A stretch of DNA of 64,000 bases from positions 1 through 64,000 of IMG/VR virus record IMGVR_UViG_3300019742_000002; one strand, given 5' to 3'. The stretch comes from a virus. The notes below the pieces were generated by a model. It saw only the letters and a list, made by a program, of their open reading frames with translations. It did not search any database and was not told the origin of the DNA. Below are positions 28,557-38,457 of the stretch, piece after piece. Numbering within the stretch: position 1 is the stretch's first letter; the number at the start of each line of letters is the position of its first letter. The translations under genes were made by a program, and so were the position numbers.

Positions 28557-29761
28557 CTAACAAGTTATACCACCTATATAGACTTTCTTTTCATATTTTT
28601 CTAAATTACATTCTAAAGTTTCTAAAGTAGCTTCATCACTATAGTTATATTTAAAAGATATATTATCAAATCCTTCATCTTTGAAATGGTTTCTTAAAAT
28701 CTCTTCTAAGTCATCTAGGGTTAGTTCAACTTTCAATTGCATTTATGTTCCTTTAGTAGTTTAATAATTATCTTTTGGTTATTAATGATAATATTATGAT
28801 TATTACCTATGTGTTGATTAGTTATAACCCAAAGTAAAAAAACCTCTAAAATTATAATTGCTGTTGGAATTACTAAATCTTTCATACTATATTCTCATAA
28901 TTAAAATTATCTACAAATTGGTATTCTTTTTCCATAAAAATCCTACCTATCATCATTTCTAAACTTTGTTCGTCTATATACATATCGTTCTCCAAGGCAA
29001 ACTCCATTAAATCATTAGGCTTTGGACAATTATCAATCCATCCATAAAAATCTTCTAATTCATAGACATTGTTATTAATATCTACCACAAATAAACTATA
29101 CCATTTATTTGTATTTTCAACAGTAATAACTGGTTTTTTATATTCCTCACCACAATATATTAGATTAATATTTCTTGTTGATTTATATATCATTTTAAAC
29201 CTCCTTCAATTCTGCATGAAATTTAGCATATTTTCCTGATATTTCTAATATCTTTGGTTTAACACCTTCAATTTTCCAATCACCATCTTTATACTCAATT
29301 TTAGATAACTCGTTTAAAGACATATAAAGGGTGATTATACCGTGTTTAGCTTTGTATTTATAGTTAGAGCTATATTCAATAGTTTCGTCCTTATATGCTA
29401 ATTTATACCCATCTACATATAGACTTTTTTCTGAACCCATACCATAACCATCATCAAGATAGTCTAAAATTCTATGGGCTTTTTCTTTAAGTAGCTTGAA
29501 TCTTTTAAAAGAGATTCTCTTTTTAGTTTTGGTTTTTAGATTTAAATATTGTTTTTGGAGTATCTCATTAGCTTTCTTAATCTCATCTTCAACTCTATAT
29601 AATCTAAACTTTTCATAAAGTTTAGCTCTATTTCTACTTGTTGAGAAAGTATCTAATAACTTTTTGTCATCATAGTTACCTGTATATTTAGCTAATAATC
29701 TAGCCTTTTGTGGAATTGTTTTACTCTTTTCTGTTTGTTTTTTGAGTGTTTGTAAGTTCAT
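28557..29761 (-). other. Small early hypothetical ORFs (28557-28742, 28882-29193, 29195-29761)
   Basis: Co-oriented ORFs with RBS. Confidence 0.6.
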
Positions 29762-30003
29762 TTTTTATCCTTTTGTTTTTAATATAATATATTAAACTAA
29801 CTTAATTATAGCTTAAAACTCATATATCTTTTTGAATTCATCTTAACTATATAGTCTACATATCCCTTAATATCTTTAACCCAATGATATATCATATTAG
29901 TATTACTTATTTGATATTTTAGAAGATTAAGATTATATGAATGAAAATCAACAATATAACCGTTATACTCTAGTATTCTCTTAGAGTTGAATTGTCCATA
30001 TTT

Positions 30004-30198
30004 TTATTTACAATTTTGTGGTTTAAGTGTTTTGGGATTTATCCAAACACTTAATTTCTTAGTACTGTTTAGATAATATATATTATCCACACAAATCTTA
30101 TTAAATGTACTAAATCCTGAGTTTCCTTTGGTAGTATAACTATCATCACATCCATTGATTGTCATTAATATTGCCAATATAACTAATACTCTTTTCAT
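30004..30198 (-). CDS. Small lipoprotein
   Basis: MKRVLVILAILMTINGC lipobox-type signal; early promoter. Confidence 0.7.
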   Translation of the reverse strand: MKRVLVILAILMTINGCDDSYTTKGNSGFSTFNKICVDNIYYLNSTKKLSVWINPKTLKPQNCK

Positions 30199-30258
30199 CT
30201 TTTATCCTTTATTTTGTTTAGATAATATATTATATAATAAGTAAACTTAAACCAAGAT

Positions 30259-30405
30259 AAAACCATCTAAGATTAAAAAATTATTTATAGTATATAATAA
30301 AAACTTATAATAATCAAAATTTGTAAATAAAAACTCTTATAATAAAGAAAAGAATAATAAATTTTAAAAAATATAAATTATTATATTCAATCGTAGATAC
30401 TTTTT
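30259..30405 (+). repeat. Dispersed repeat, copy D (solo)
   Basis: Full unit; abuts late promoter 30405-30412. Confidence 0.95.
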
Positions 30406-30431
30406 ATAAATATCAATAAAAAGGAGTTTAA

Positions 30432-31418
30432 ATGTTAGATTTTAGAGAGGAATTTAAAAACCTACAATTTAATGAAGCTATTATGTTGGAGTTAGAAGAT
30501 ATTGAGTTAGTTGAGCGTATTTTACCTTCACAAGCTATTTCATCAGCCTCAAAGAAAGATGTTAGAAAGATGTCAAGAGCTAACTTACAAAAAATCGTAG
30601 ATAAATTTACGGAGTTTGTGGCTATAGAATATCAAAAACATCCCAAAAAACAAAAATATCTAGGTAGAATGAGATTTATTACGGATACAGGAAAGATTGT
30701 AGAGTATCCTATTAAATCACTTACAAAAGATTCTTATGACAAGATTATAAAAAATAAAGAAGAGGGTAGAGGTAGAGATACATCTACGGATAAAGCTAAT
30801 AATAAATTAAGAGTTGAGGTTGGATATGGTGAATGGATTACTATAAATCTTGATAATGTATTGGGATTGATTTTTAAAGGGAAAGTATTTAGTTTAGAGG
30901 ATATATCTAGGCAAGATTTAGATAATGAAACACAAGAATCAACTATTATGAGATTTGTTAATAATCAAGCTAGAACAAAAACAAAAATAATTAATAATCT
31001 TATACCAATTCTAAAAGAGTTCAATTTTTCTAAAATACCTGATGAAGCTGACGAAGAAAAGGAAAAAAGAAAAGCTTTAAAAAGTATTAGGTCTATGAGT
31101 ACAGTTACTAAGTATATTGCTCAATCAAAAAGAGAAAAGGCTATGGATGACACCAAAGATAGCTATAGTGTTACTGTTAAAGGATACAATCCAAAAGATG
31201 ATTTGTTGCAAGTTGAGGTTAAGATAAATCTTCAAGAAGTTCTAAGTAATTTTGGTTATGATAATTTGACTTTAGGGAAAGTTCCTGAAGGTTTTTCAAA
31301 GAGTGATTGGAAAGAAAAAGTACAAAGTATAAAAGATGAGATTAGTGAGGTATTTGTAGCTAATGGGTTTAACTGTAAAGTAGGTAGAGCTTGGATTAAT
31401 TGTATAGTAGAGGGTTAA
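30432..31418 (+). CDS. Late protein, probable internal head protein
   Basis: Late promoter; N-terminus MLDFREEF..LQFNEAIMLELE. Confidence 0.55.
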   Translation: MLDFREEFKNLQFNEAIMLELEDIELVERILPSQAISSASKKDVRKMSRANLQKIVDKFTEFVAIEYQKHPKKQKYLGRMRFITDTGKIVEYPIKSLTKDSYDKIIKNKEEGRGRDTSTDKANNKLRVEVGYGEWITINLDNVLGLIFKGKVFSLEDISRQDLDNETQESTIMRFVNNQARTKTKIINNLIPILKEFNFSKIPDEADEEKEKRKALKSIRSMSTVTKYIAQSKREKAMDDTKDSYSVTVKGYNPKDDLLQVEVKINLQEVLSNFGYDNLTLGKVPEGFSKSDWKEKVQSIKDEISEVFVANGFNCKVGRAWINCIVEG

Positions 31419-31423
31419 TCCCT

Positions 31424-32534
31424 CTATTGGTATCTAAATAATAAGTCTATTTGATGTTCAAGTTCATTAGCTTCTTCATATATCCAAATCATATAATCTT
31501 TAGTTACCTCATCTTGCTCGTATAAATCTTTTATAGAATCTACATAACCTCTTAGGTAAGAATCTCTAAAATTATTCAATTCTTTTCTATAATTATGGGA
31601 ATATTTATAATCATCTCTTAACTTTTCAAATCTAGCTATTGGCTTAAATATTTTCATTTTTTGTTCCTTTTAATATAATAGTGTATGTTTAAGTATGTGA
31701 TATGTATTATAGCAATATCAGTAACCAATAATATAATTCCTAAAATTATCATTTTTATCTCCCAAATATTTTCCAAGTAACTTATATACATACCTAAATG
31801 CAATAGAGATAAAGGGGTGAATATAAGAAGTATAAATAAAGTATCCCATAAAAACCACAATATATTTTTTAATAGTTTCATTATAAATACTTAGAAAATT
31901 TTAAAATAGCATTCACTTCATATTCTGAAGGGTCACTATTAGTGATATAATCTTTTATAGATTTATCAGTAATCTCACAATCATCATCTTCAATAGATTC
32001 CATACAATCTATAATATCTTCTTTTAGGTATATAGAAATACTTGAATTCTCTATATAATCTTGCATATCATCGTAGTTATCTATTTCATCATTTTGTCTC
32101 ATTATATCGTTCATTGTGTTTTCAAATCTACAATAGCTCATATTCATTTTAAATCCTTTTGGTTGTTTAGATAATGTATTGTATAGTAACTAAACTTAAA
32201 GTACTATTAAATAGATATTCTATATGGTTATTTAATAATTATTTTGATAACATTCTACATCTTTATTTATACCCTCAAAATAGCACCTAAACCAACAAAA
32301 CTCTTTTGAATCTTCTCTTATATGTTTACAATTATATAGATATGCTTTTTTAGGTTTTATTGTGAATAGGGAATTTATTATAAAATTATCCCAAGTATTA
32401 TATGGTATTGTATACGAATTGGTATATTTCTCTATACCCTTAGAATCAAATACTCTAAAATCTTGTACATATTCAACCTCTATATTCATACTCTCTAATA
32501 CATCTTTGATATTATCTCTTTTAAATTCTAACAA
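31424..32534 (-). other. Small early ORFs including a two-TM membrane protein (31654-31881) and an MSYCRFENT-type protein (31881-32147)
   Basis: Co-oriented ORFs; hydrophobic helices; promoter near 32179. Confidence 0.6.
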
Positions 32535-32675
32535 AATTCACTCCTCTTTATTAGTATTTATAAAGAAGTTTGGATTTTATTTTACTCTCAACTATTTAGA
32601 GATGTATTATCAAAATAACCTAAGTCATATTCTCTCCACTCTTTTATACTATTTTTATCAAACCCACATAAAATT

Positions 32676-33878
32676 TTAAAATTCATTATCTTCATATTTA
32701 AGTAATTTATCTTCAAGCTCTTTTATCCTCGTTCTTAATTCTTTAATTAATTTAGATTCATCTTCTTGAACCTTTGGTTTAGCCTTTATTACCTTTGTGG
32801 ATTTTATACTATTATAATTGAAATCTTTTGGTGTATCTTCAAGTTTTTGTTTTATATCTTTTAAATCATACAAAAATTTTTGTGGTATTGGCATAATCAA
32901 TGTATATACCTCACTTGAAACTATCTTAATAGGATGGTTGTTATCTTGTATAAATATTTCAATTTCATTCGTATCTATAGCCTTATGTACTCTTTTAGCA
33001 TCTATAACTATCTCTAATGGAGCGTCTATATTATAATCACAACTCAATCTTTGAGTATAACCTATTTTATTTTTAATATCATCGTATTCTTGAACTATAC
33101 AAATTCCATCTTGAAAAATTAATTTACATTCTTTTATTTTTTCTGTGGCTTTTTTGAGTTCTATACCATTAATTTTTATACTAATATTAAACTCTTGTTT
33201 AATAACTCGTTGATAGTCACTAGTTATATTATTTGTATATAATTTAGATGTTATTTTAATATCGTTATCTACATAGAAAGATACAAACTCTTTACCTATT
33301 TTAACTTTTTTAAGTATTATATTAGGTACAATAGCCTTTTTAGGAATAGCATATAAACCTACAGAATTAGGTGAAAATTCATTTATGGTCATGGATATTG
33401 TGTCTGTGCTAATAATTTTATGATTATTATAATCTACCAATAATCCTTTATAGACATCTAGCGCATAATTTGGATTTATTCCATCATATATAACCTTAGA
33501 GATAGGAATATCATCTTTATTAACTAGAACATCATTATTAAACATATCTTCATAATCTTTATATGTTTTGTCTATTTTTGGATTTTTTATGTTTTCAAAA
33601 GATTTTTCCAATGTCCCTGATTTTATTACAATTTGACTATCTTTAAACTCAAATTCTAAATCATCTTTAGAGTTTTTTAAAAAATTCTTAAACTCTAAAA
33701 AATCTATCTTGAAATCAGGTAAAGTTAAGGGTATTGAGCAAGATGTTTTAAATTCATAAGAACCAGTCTCTAGTAGTGTATTATTATCTTTATTTGTAAA
33801 CAATAATAAGGGTTGAGTATTTTTGTTGTAACTTTTTTGAAGATATTTCATATATCTTTTAATGTCTTTTATTTTCAT
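32676..33878 (-). CDS. Divergent DNA polymerase III beta-clamp-like protein with C-terminal coiled coil
   Basis: KGLLVD..IISTD, IPKKAI, ITSKL..DYQRVI, HPIKI..TLIMPI match DnaN motifs in the right order. Confidence 0.75.
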   Translation of the reverse strand: MKIKDIKRYMKYLQKSYNKNTQPLLLFTNKDNNTLLETGSYEFKTSCSIPLTLPDFKIDFLEFKNFLKNSKDDLEFEFKDSQIVIKSGTLEKSFENIKNPKIDKTYKDYEDMFNNDVLVNKDDIPISKVIYDGINPNYALDVYKGLLVDYNNHKIISTDTISMTINEFSPNSVGLYAIPKKAIVPNIILKKVKIGKEFVSFYVDNDIKITSKLYTNNITSDYQRVIKQEFNISIKINGIELKKATEKIKECKLIFQDGICIVQEYDDIKNKIGYTQRLSCDYNIDAPLEIVIDAKRVHKAIDTNEIEIFIQDNNHPIKIVSSEVYTLIMPIPQKFLYDLKDIKQKLEDTPKDFNYNSIKSTKVIKAKPKVQEDESKLIKELRTRIKELEDKLLKYEDNEF

Positions 33879-34456
33879 AATAATCCCTTCTTATTTCCTT
33901 TATTATATTGGATTCTTTATAATCCAATAGAAACTTTCCTGATTCATTTTTAATTATATACATAAGACACTCATCTTTATTGTTACATTTGTTAAACATA
34001 GACTTAGAATATAATAAAGGTAGCTGATACTTAGCTTTTAGTTCCATTTGCCATTTATCTAGCATTTTTAATCTCCTTCACTAAATCGGGTACATAGACA
34101 CTAGATAGTGGGTTTTTGTCTATATACCCTTGACCTATTTTTTGAATATATCTAATTATATATTCTTTCTCTTTTTCATTCAACTCAGAATTATCAAGGG
34201 TATATTCATCAATACTATTTACAATTACACCAATTATCTGGTGAGATATATCTTTTAGTTTTCGTGTAGAGATTTTCATATTTTGATTTTTGGTAAAGTA
34301 TTCATCAATAGACATATCTTTTCTGGTAAGTATTTTTATTGAGTTATAGTTATTTCCATACTCAGCTCTCACCTCCTTTAAAGTCATTTGTTCTATCTCT
34401 AAATACTCAGTCTCTTTATTTTGATAAGATATTTCTATAATCATCATACACTCCTT

Positions 34457-34876
34457 TTAAATTTCATAAACTGTTATATTATCAGGTAACTTATTCAGTT
34501 TAGATTTAATCATATTCTCATCTAAACCTCCGTTTAATGTTCCTAAAAGTGTCATAGCAATTGTTTTGTTGCTATTTTCCAAAGCGAATTCATTTAATTT
34601 AGAAATAGTTCTATCAATCAAATCAATAGGTGACGGATTTTTAAAATGGATTTTAGTTTGAAGTGCTATGATTCTATCTATTACCAATAGATTAAATTCA
34701 CTTAAATGTTCTATCTTATTCCCAAATTCTAAAGAAATTCCTTTAAAATTATCTCTAAAAGCCTTCGCTACACCAGCACCCATAACTAATTCACCATTCC
34801 TTTTGATAACTGAATTAGCTGTGAAACATATATAATCCTCTTCGGCTTGTAATATGTTACCTTTTTTATATTTCAT
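34457..34876 (-). CDS. Macrodomain protein (ADP-ribose binding/hydrolase)
   Basis: KGNIL..TAN..VMGAGVAKAF...TKIHF..S...IAM..LGTLNGGL. Confidence 0.85.
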   Translation of the reverse strand: MKYKKGNILQAEEDYICFTANSVIKRNGELVMGAGVAKAFRDNFKGISLEFGNKIEHLSEFNLLVIDRIIALQTKIHFKNPSPIDLIDRTISKLNEFALENSNKTIAMTLLGTLNGGLDENMIKSKLNKLPDNITVYEI

Positions 34877-34933
34877 TTTATTCCTTTAATTTTTAGTATT
34901 CATAATCATAACCAAATAAAACTTAAAAGAACA

Positions 34934-35419
34934 TTAACCATCCGTTAAAATAGTCAAAGTACCCCAGTCAATTTTACCTGCTATGAAGACATTAAGATTA
35001 TCTAAATTAAGAGGTTTCTTAAATTTCTTTTTGATTATATTATCCACAAAACTTCTATGAATTTCATCATAATTTAACTCATCTTTTATTACTTTATATT
35101 CACAAGTATAAGTAAGTCCAACTAAAAATGAACCGGATTCATCGTGATAATTTTCATCTTCTATGAATATACATTCATCTTCTAGTCCAAGTTTCTTAAT
35201 CTCTTTTTGAAAATCTTGTATAATTTTTATGTTATTATCTAAATCATCAATATTATAAAAATTTGGTGATGATATAGAACTCCAATCAAAAAATTCTACT
35301 CCAAGATACGAATGTTCATATTTTGTACCTTTTTGATATTTTGACTTTTCTATTTGGAAATAATCCTCTATAGATTTTGCATAAGATTTTAGCTCATTGT
35401 GGTATTGTTTTGTTGTCAT
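34934..35419 (-). CDS. Hypothetical early protein
   Basis: ORF with RBS. Confidence 0.6.
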   Translation of the reverse strand: MTTKQYHNELKSYAKSIEDYFQIEKSKYQKGTKYEHSYLGVEFFDWSSISSPNFYNIDDLDNNIKIIQDFQKEIKKLGLEDECIFIEDENYHDESGSFLVGLTYTCEYKVIKDELNYDEIHRSFVDNIIKKKFKKPLNLDNLNVFIAGKIDWGTLTILTDG

Positions 35420-35669
35420 TTTGTTCCTTTTTGGTTTGATTATCTATATCTCTAAGCTCTTCTATGAGTTTGAATACTTCAACAAAATTTGTTCTATAAC
35501 TAATTGTATCACAGTAAGGAGTATCGCATATTATTCCAAAATTATCTTGCTTCAAATACTTATCCATATTCTCATAATCTTCTATACTAAATACCATTTT
35601 TAAATCCTTTATTTGTTTTGATATTATGATTATAGCCAATTAAAACTTAAAAGAATATTAATTTTAAAT

Positions 35670-35951
35670 CTATTCGTTATGATATTCCCATAAAACAGCA
35701 TTACAATATGCGTGAACTGCTCCGATACTTAAATCAGTTTTTCTACAATGATGTAAATGTATGGGATAGTTAAACATACCTTTTGGAAATGGTTTCTTAT
35801 TTATAGGATGCGTTTTCATAAGTTCTTTTGGTTTATCTTTTAGAGGATTTTTACAATATATACAAATACCTTTTTGTTCTTGTATATATTGTTCTTTAGC
35901 TAATTTTCTTATTGTATAGTGAGAGGTTTTGTAATTGATTGGAAGTTTTAT
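35670..35951 (-). CDS. Endonuclease VII/HNH-like small protein beginning at ATA (absent from the ORF track)
   Basis: 93 open codons: EQKGICIYC..L...PIHLHHC..T..IGAVHAYCNAVLW; AAGGA RBS 5 nt upstream of ATA. Confidence 0.7.
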   Translation of the reverse strand: MKLPINYKTSHYTIRKLAKEQYIQEQKGICIYCKNPLKDKPKELMKTHPINKKPFPKGMFNYPIHLHHCRKTDLSIGAVHAYCNAVLWEYHNE

Positions 35952-35952
35952 G

Positions 35953-36930
35953 TTAGTCCTTTATCTTGTTCTTTCTTCTAATGACACCTGCTATCTTCTT
36001 TATAGTAGTTTCAGCCCCATCGGTATAACCCACTCTATAATGACCTTTACCTTTGACCATATAATGAGTATCTTTTAATTTTGTATAGTATTCTAATTCA
36101 TTAACTTGTATAGTGTTTTGATTTTCATTATCGGTAACCCAAACATTCCTGTTACTATGAGATTTTCTATGTCTTGCTAGGTTACTTGTTCCAATTTCCT
36201 TATCACAAATTCCACAAGGATGTCTTTCTTCTATATTTCCTTTATTGACACCTACATACAAATCTTTATTTCTCTTGTACTCTTCTTTTGGTATAGAAAC
36301 AAATTCACCTGTAGATTTTAACTTCATAGATATATTATCATTGGGTCTTATGTATAAACATTTATTCTTATGATACTCTTCTTTAGTTACAGTTATCTTC
36401 TCATTAGTGGATTTTAATCTAGTATGAATTTTACCATGATTAACGCCCTTTAGATTATCATTGGAGTCAAATTCTTCTTTCGATACATTTTTGAAATTAT
36501 TTGTTTCTATATCTATACAAGTGACTTTATCACATTGAACCGATTTATATAGGTGTGGATTTTCCCTAAACTCTTTCACCGATATAGTCATTCTTTCGTT
36601 TGTTTCTAGGTTATCAGCTGTAACTAAACCTGTCCTATCATCTCTTGAAGCTAATCCTTGGTTTTGTTCATTGAAGAATTTTGGATTAGCTCTTACATCT
36701 AATCTCATGTGTACCTTACTTTCATACCTAATTGCATCCATTGAATCCTTGCCAATATATAGAATTTTAACTCTAACTTGATTAATATTTGATTTATAGT
36801 AATCCTTTAGTTTTCCAGAACTGAAATATGTAACTCCAACATCCTCTATCTCTCCTGAATGCTTTCCTACATAATACTTTCTATTGTCCCAAGGTTCTAA
36901 CAGCTCTAGTCTATACACAAAATGTTTCAT
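35953..36930 (-). CDS. GIY-YIG (Seg-like) homing endonuclease
   Basis: FVY..KYYVGKH..YFSSG..E..FFN; short DNA-binding repeats; C2H2 finger; late promoter 36947-36954; true start 36930. Confidence 0.85.
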   Translation of the reverse strand: MKHFVYRLELLEPWDNRKYYVGKHSGEIEDVGVTYFSSGKLKDYYKSNINQVRVKILYIGKDSMDAIRYESKVHMRLDVRANPKFFNEQNQGLASRDDRTGLVTADNLETNERMTISVKEFRENPHLYKSVQCDKVTCIDIETNNFKNVSKEEFDSNDNLKGVNHGKIHTRLKSTNEKITVTKEEYHKNKCLYIRPNDNISMKLKSTGEFVSIPKEEYKRNKDLYVGVNKGNIEERHPCGICDKEIGTSNLARHRKSHSNRNVWVTDNENQNTIQVNELEYYTKLKDTHYMVKGKGHYRVGYTDGAETTIKKIAGVIRRKNKIKD

Positions 36931-37056
36931 AAATACCTTTTGATAATATTTATAAACCATTTAAATCAACCTATTTGATTAATTTCTACTTCCATATAAC
37001 ACTTTTTATCATCTAAGTATTTTAATACTCATAATATCATAGGTAAGACTTTCATA

Positions 37057-38442
37057 TCAACCTATATCTATATTATCAAGCTCTTCCAACCAAGTTTCTT
37101 TAATATCTTTATTAGTAATATCTTTAAGTTCTTTTTTCAAAGATGATATTTTCTTTCTAAGTTCTTGTACTTTTTCGTATGTTAAAGAGCTTATACTCAT
37201 TCTAAGAAGATAATCAAAGGAGTTATCTACCTTAGTTATACCATCTATGGACTTTAGTTGAGTCTCGATTTCAGTTTTCTTTTTCTTGTGGATAACTATA
37301 GAACCATCAACCACTCCCGATACAAAAAGAAATTTAGGTTCATTAATTGCTATATCACCCAATATCTTTTTGATTAGATGGTCTTTTCTTTTTTGGTAAT
37401 ATTCTAATCTAATATTAATAAAAGATTGTAATATTTCATTAGAATCCTCAAAAACTTTTATTGAATTATTTTCGGTCATACATGTATAATTTTCTGTGAA
37501 TTTAGTAATCAACCCTAAAGAATTTAGAATATTATCTTCACTCATATCAAATTTTGAATCAACTTTTACTTCAAACCTAAATTCATCTTTTTTGGTGTCA
37601 CTCAAATCTTTATAAGACTTTATAATTTTATCTTCAACCAAACTCTTTAATTTTTCTATATATGTTGTGAATCGCTTCTTACTCTTATCTGATTCTTTTG
37701 ATTTTTTATCTGACTTTAGTTGATAACCTATAGGAAGTTCGGTTATTAGTATATTCAATTTATCTATCTCGTACTTACCATAGGTCTCGTATTTGCCTTT
37801 ATCTACTTTCTTTACAATACCTCTAAATCCTTTCCAATATGGTAATAAATCATCTTGTTGATGTGTTGAGTTTTTAAGTTTTTTATACAAAATGTCTTTA
37901 ATATCTTTTGGATTTCTAGGTAATATTAACTGGGCGTGTCCTGTTCCTATACCCAAAGAACCATTAATTAGAATAAAGGGCAGTACAGGAATAAGGAATT
38001 TTGGTTCTATATTTCTTCCTTCAAATTCTTGCCCTATTAAAACTTCACTATCCAGTGAATTAAAATAGTCATTCAATTGGGATAATAATTTTACCTTTAT
38101 ATATCTTGCCTCACCCGGTTTATTATTTAGTCTTTGACCAAAATTTCCTTTAGTTCCCATCATAGATATGTTGTTTGATGTTGAATATCCTCTAGCTATA
38201 TTTATAATCACCCCTTCAATATTTTTAGCTCCACCTAAGTACTCAGTAAAATCTGAAGTTGCATTAGCTAAACTATCTACTTTTTTTAACTCTTTTATAT
38301 TATGACTTATAATAGTAAAGAGAGACTTTCTAGCTGTTGGTCTAAAACCATCAATATACGAAGCTATATTTTGGTAATTATCATTTTGAGCTTGTTGTTT
38401 AAATTCTTTCTCGAAGAAATCTGATATACTTCTTTTTCTCAT
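37057..38442 (-). CDS. gp52: Type II topoisomerase medium subunit gp52 (GyrA-like)
   Basis: DGFRPTARK, GNFG, ARYI (catalytic Tyr), EPKF.IPVLP..LING..GIGTG, ITELP. Confidence 0.95.
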   Translation of the reverse strand: MRKRSISDFFEKEFKQQAQNDNYQNIASYIDGFRPTARKSLFTIISHNIKELKKVDSLANATSDFTEYLGGAKNIEGVIINIARGYSTSNNISMMGTKGNFGQRLNNKPGEARYIKVKLLSQLNDYFNSLDSEVLIGQEFEGRNIEPKFLIPVLPFILINGSLGIGTGHAQLILPRNPKDIKDILYKKLKNSTHQQDDLLPYWKGFRGIVKKVDKGKYETYGKYEIDKLNILITELPIGYQLKSDKKSKESDKSKKRFTTYIEKLKSLVEDKIIKSYKDLSDTKKDEFRFEVKVDSKFDMSEDNILNSLGLITKFTENYTCMTENNSIKVFEDSNEILQSFINIRLEYYQKRKDHLIKKILGDIAINEPKFLFVSGVVDGSIVIHKKKKTEIETQLKSIDGITKVDNSFDYLLRMSISSLTYEKVQELRKKISSLKKELKDITNKDIKETWLEELDNIDIG

Positions 38443-38457
38443 TTATTTCCTTTCATT

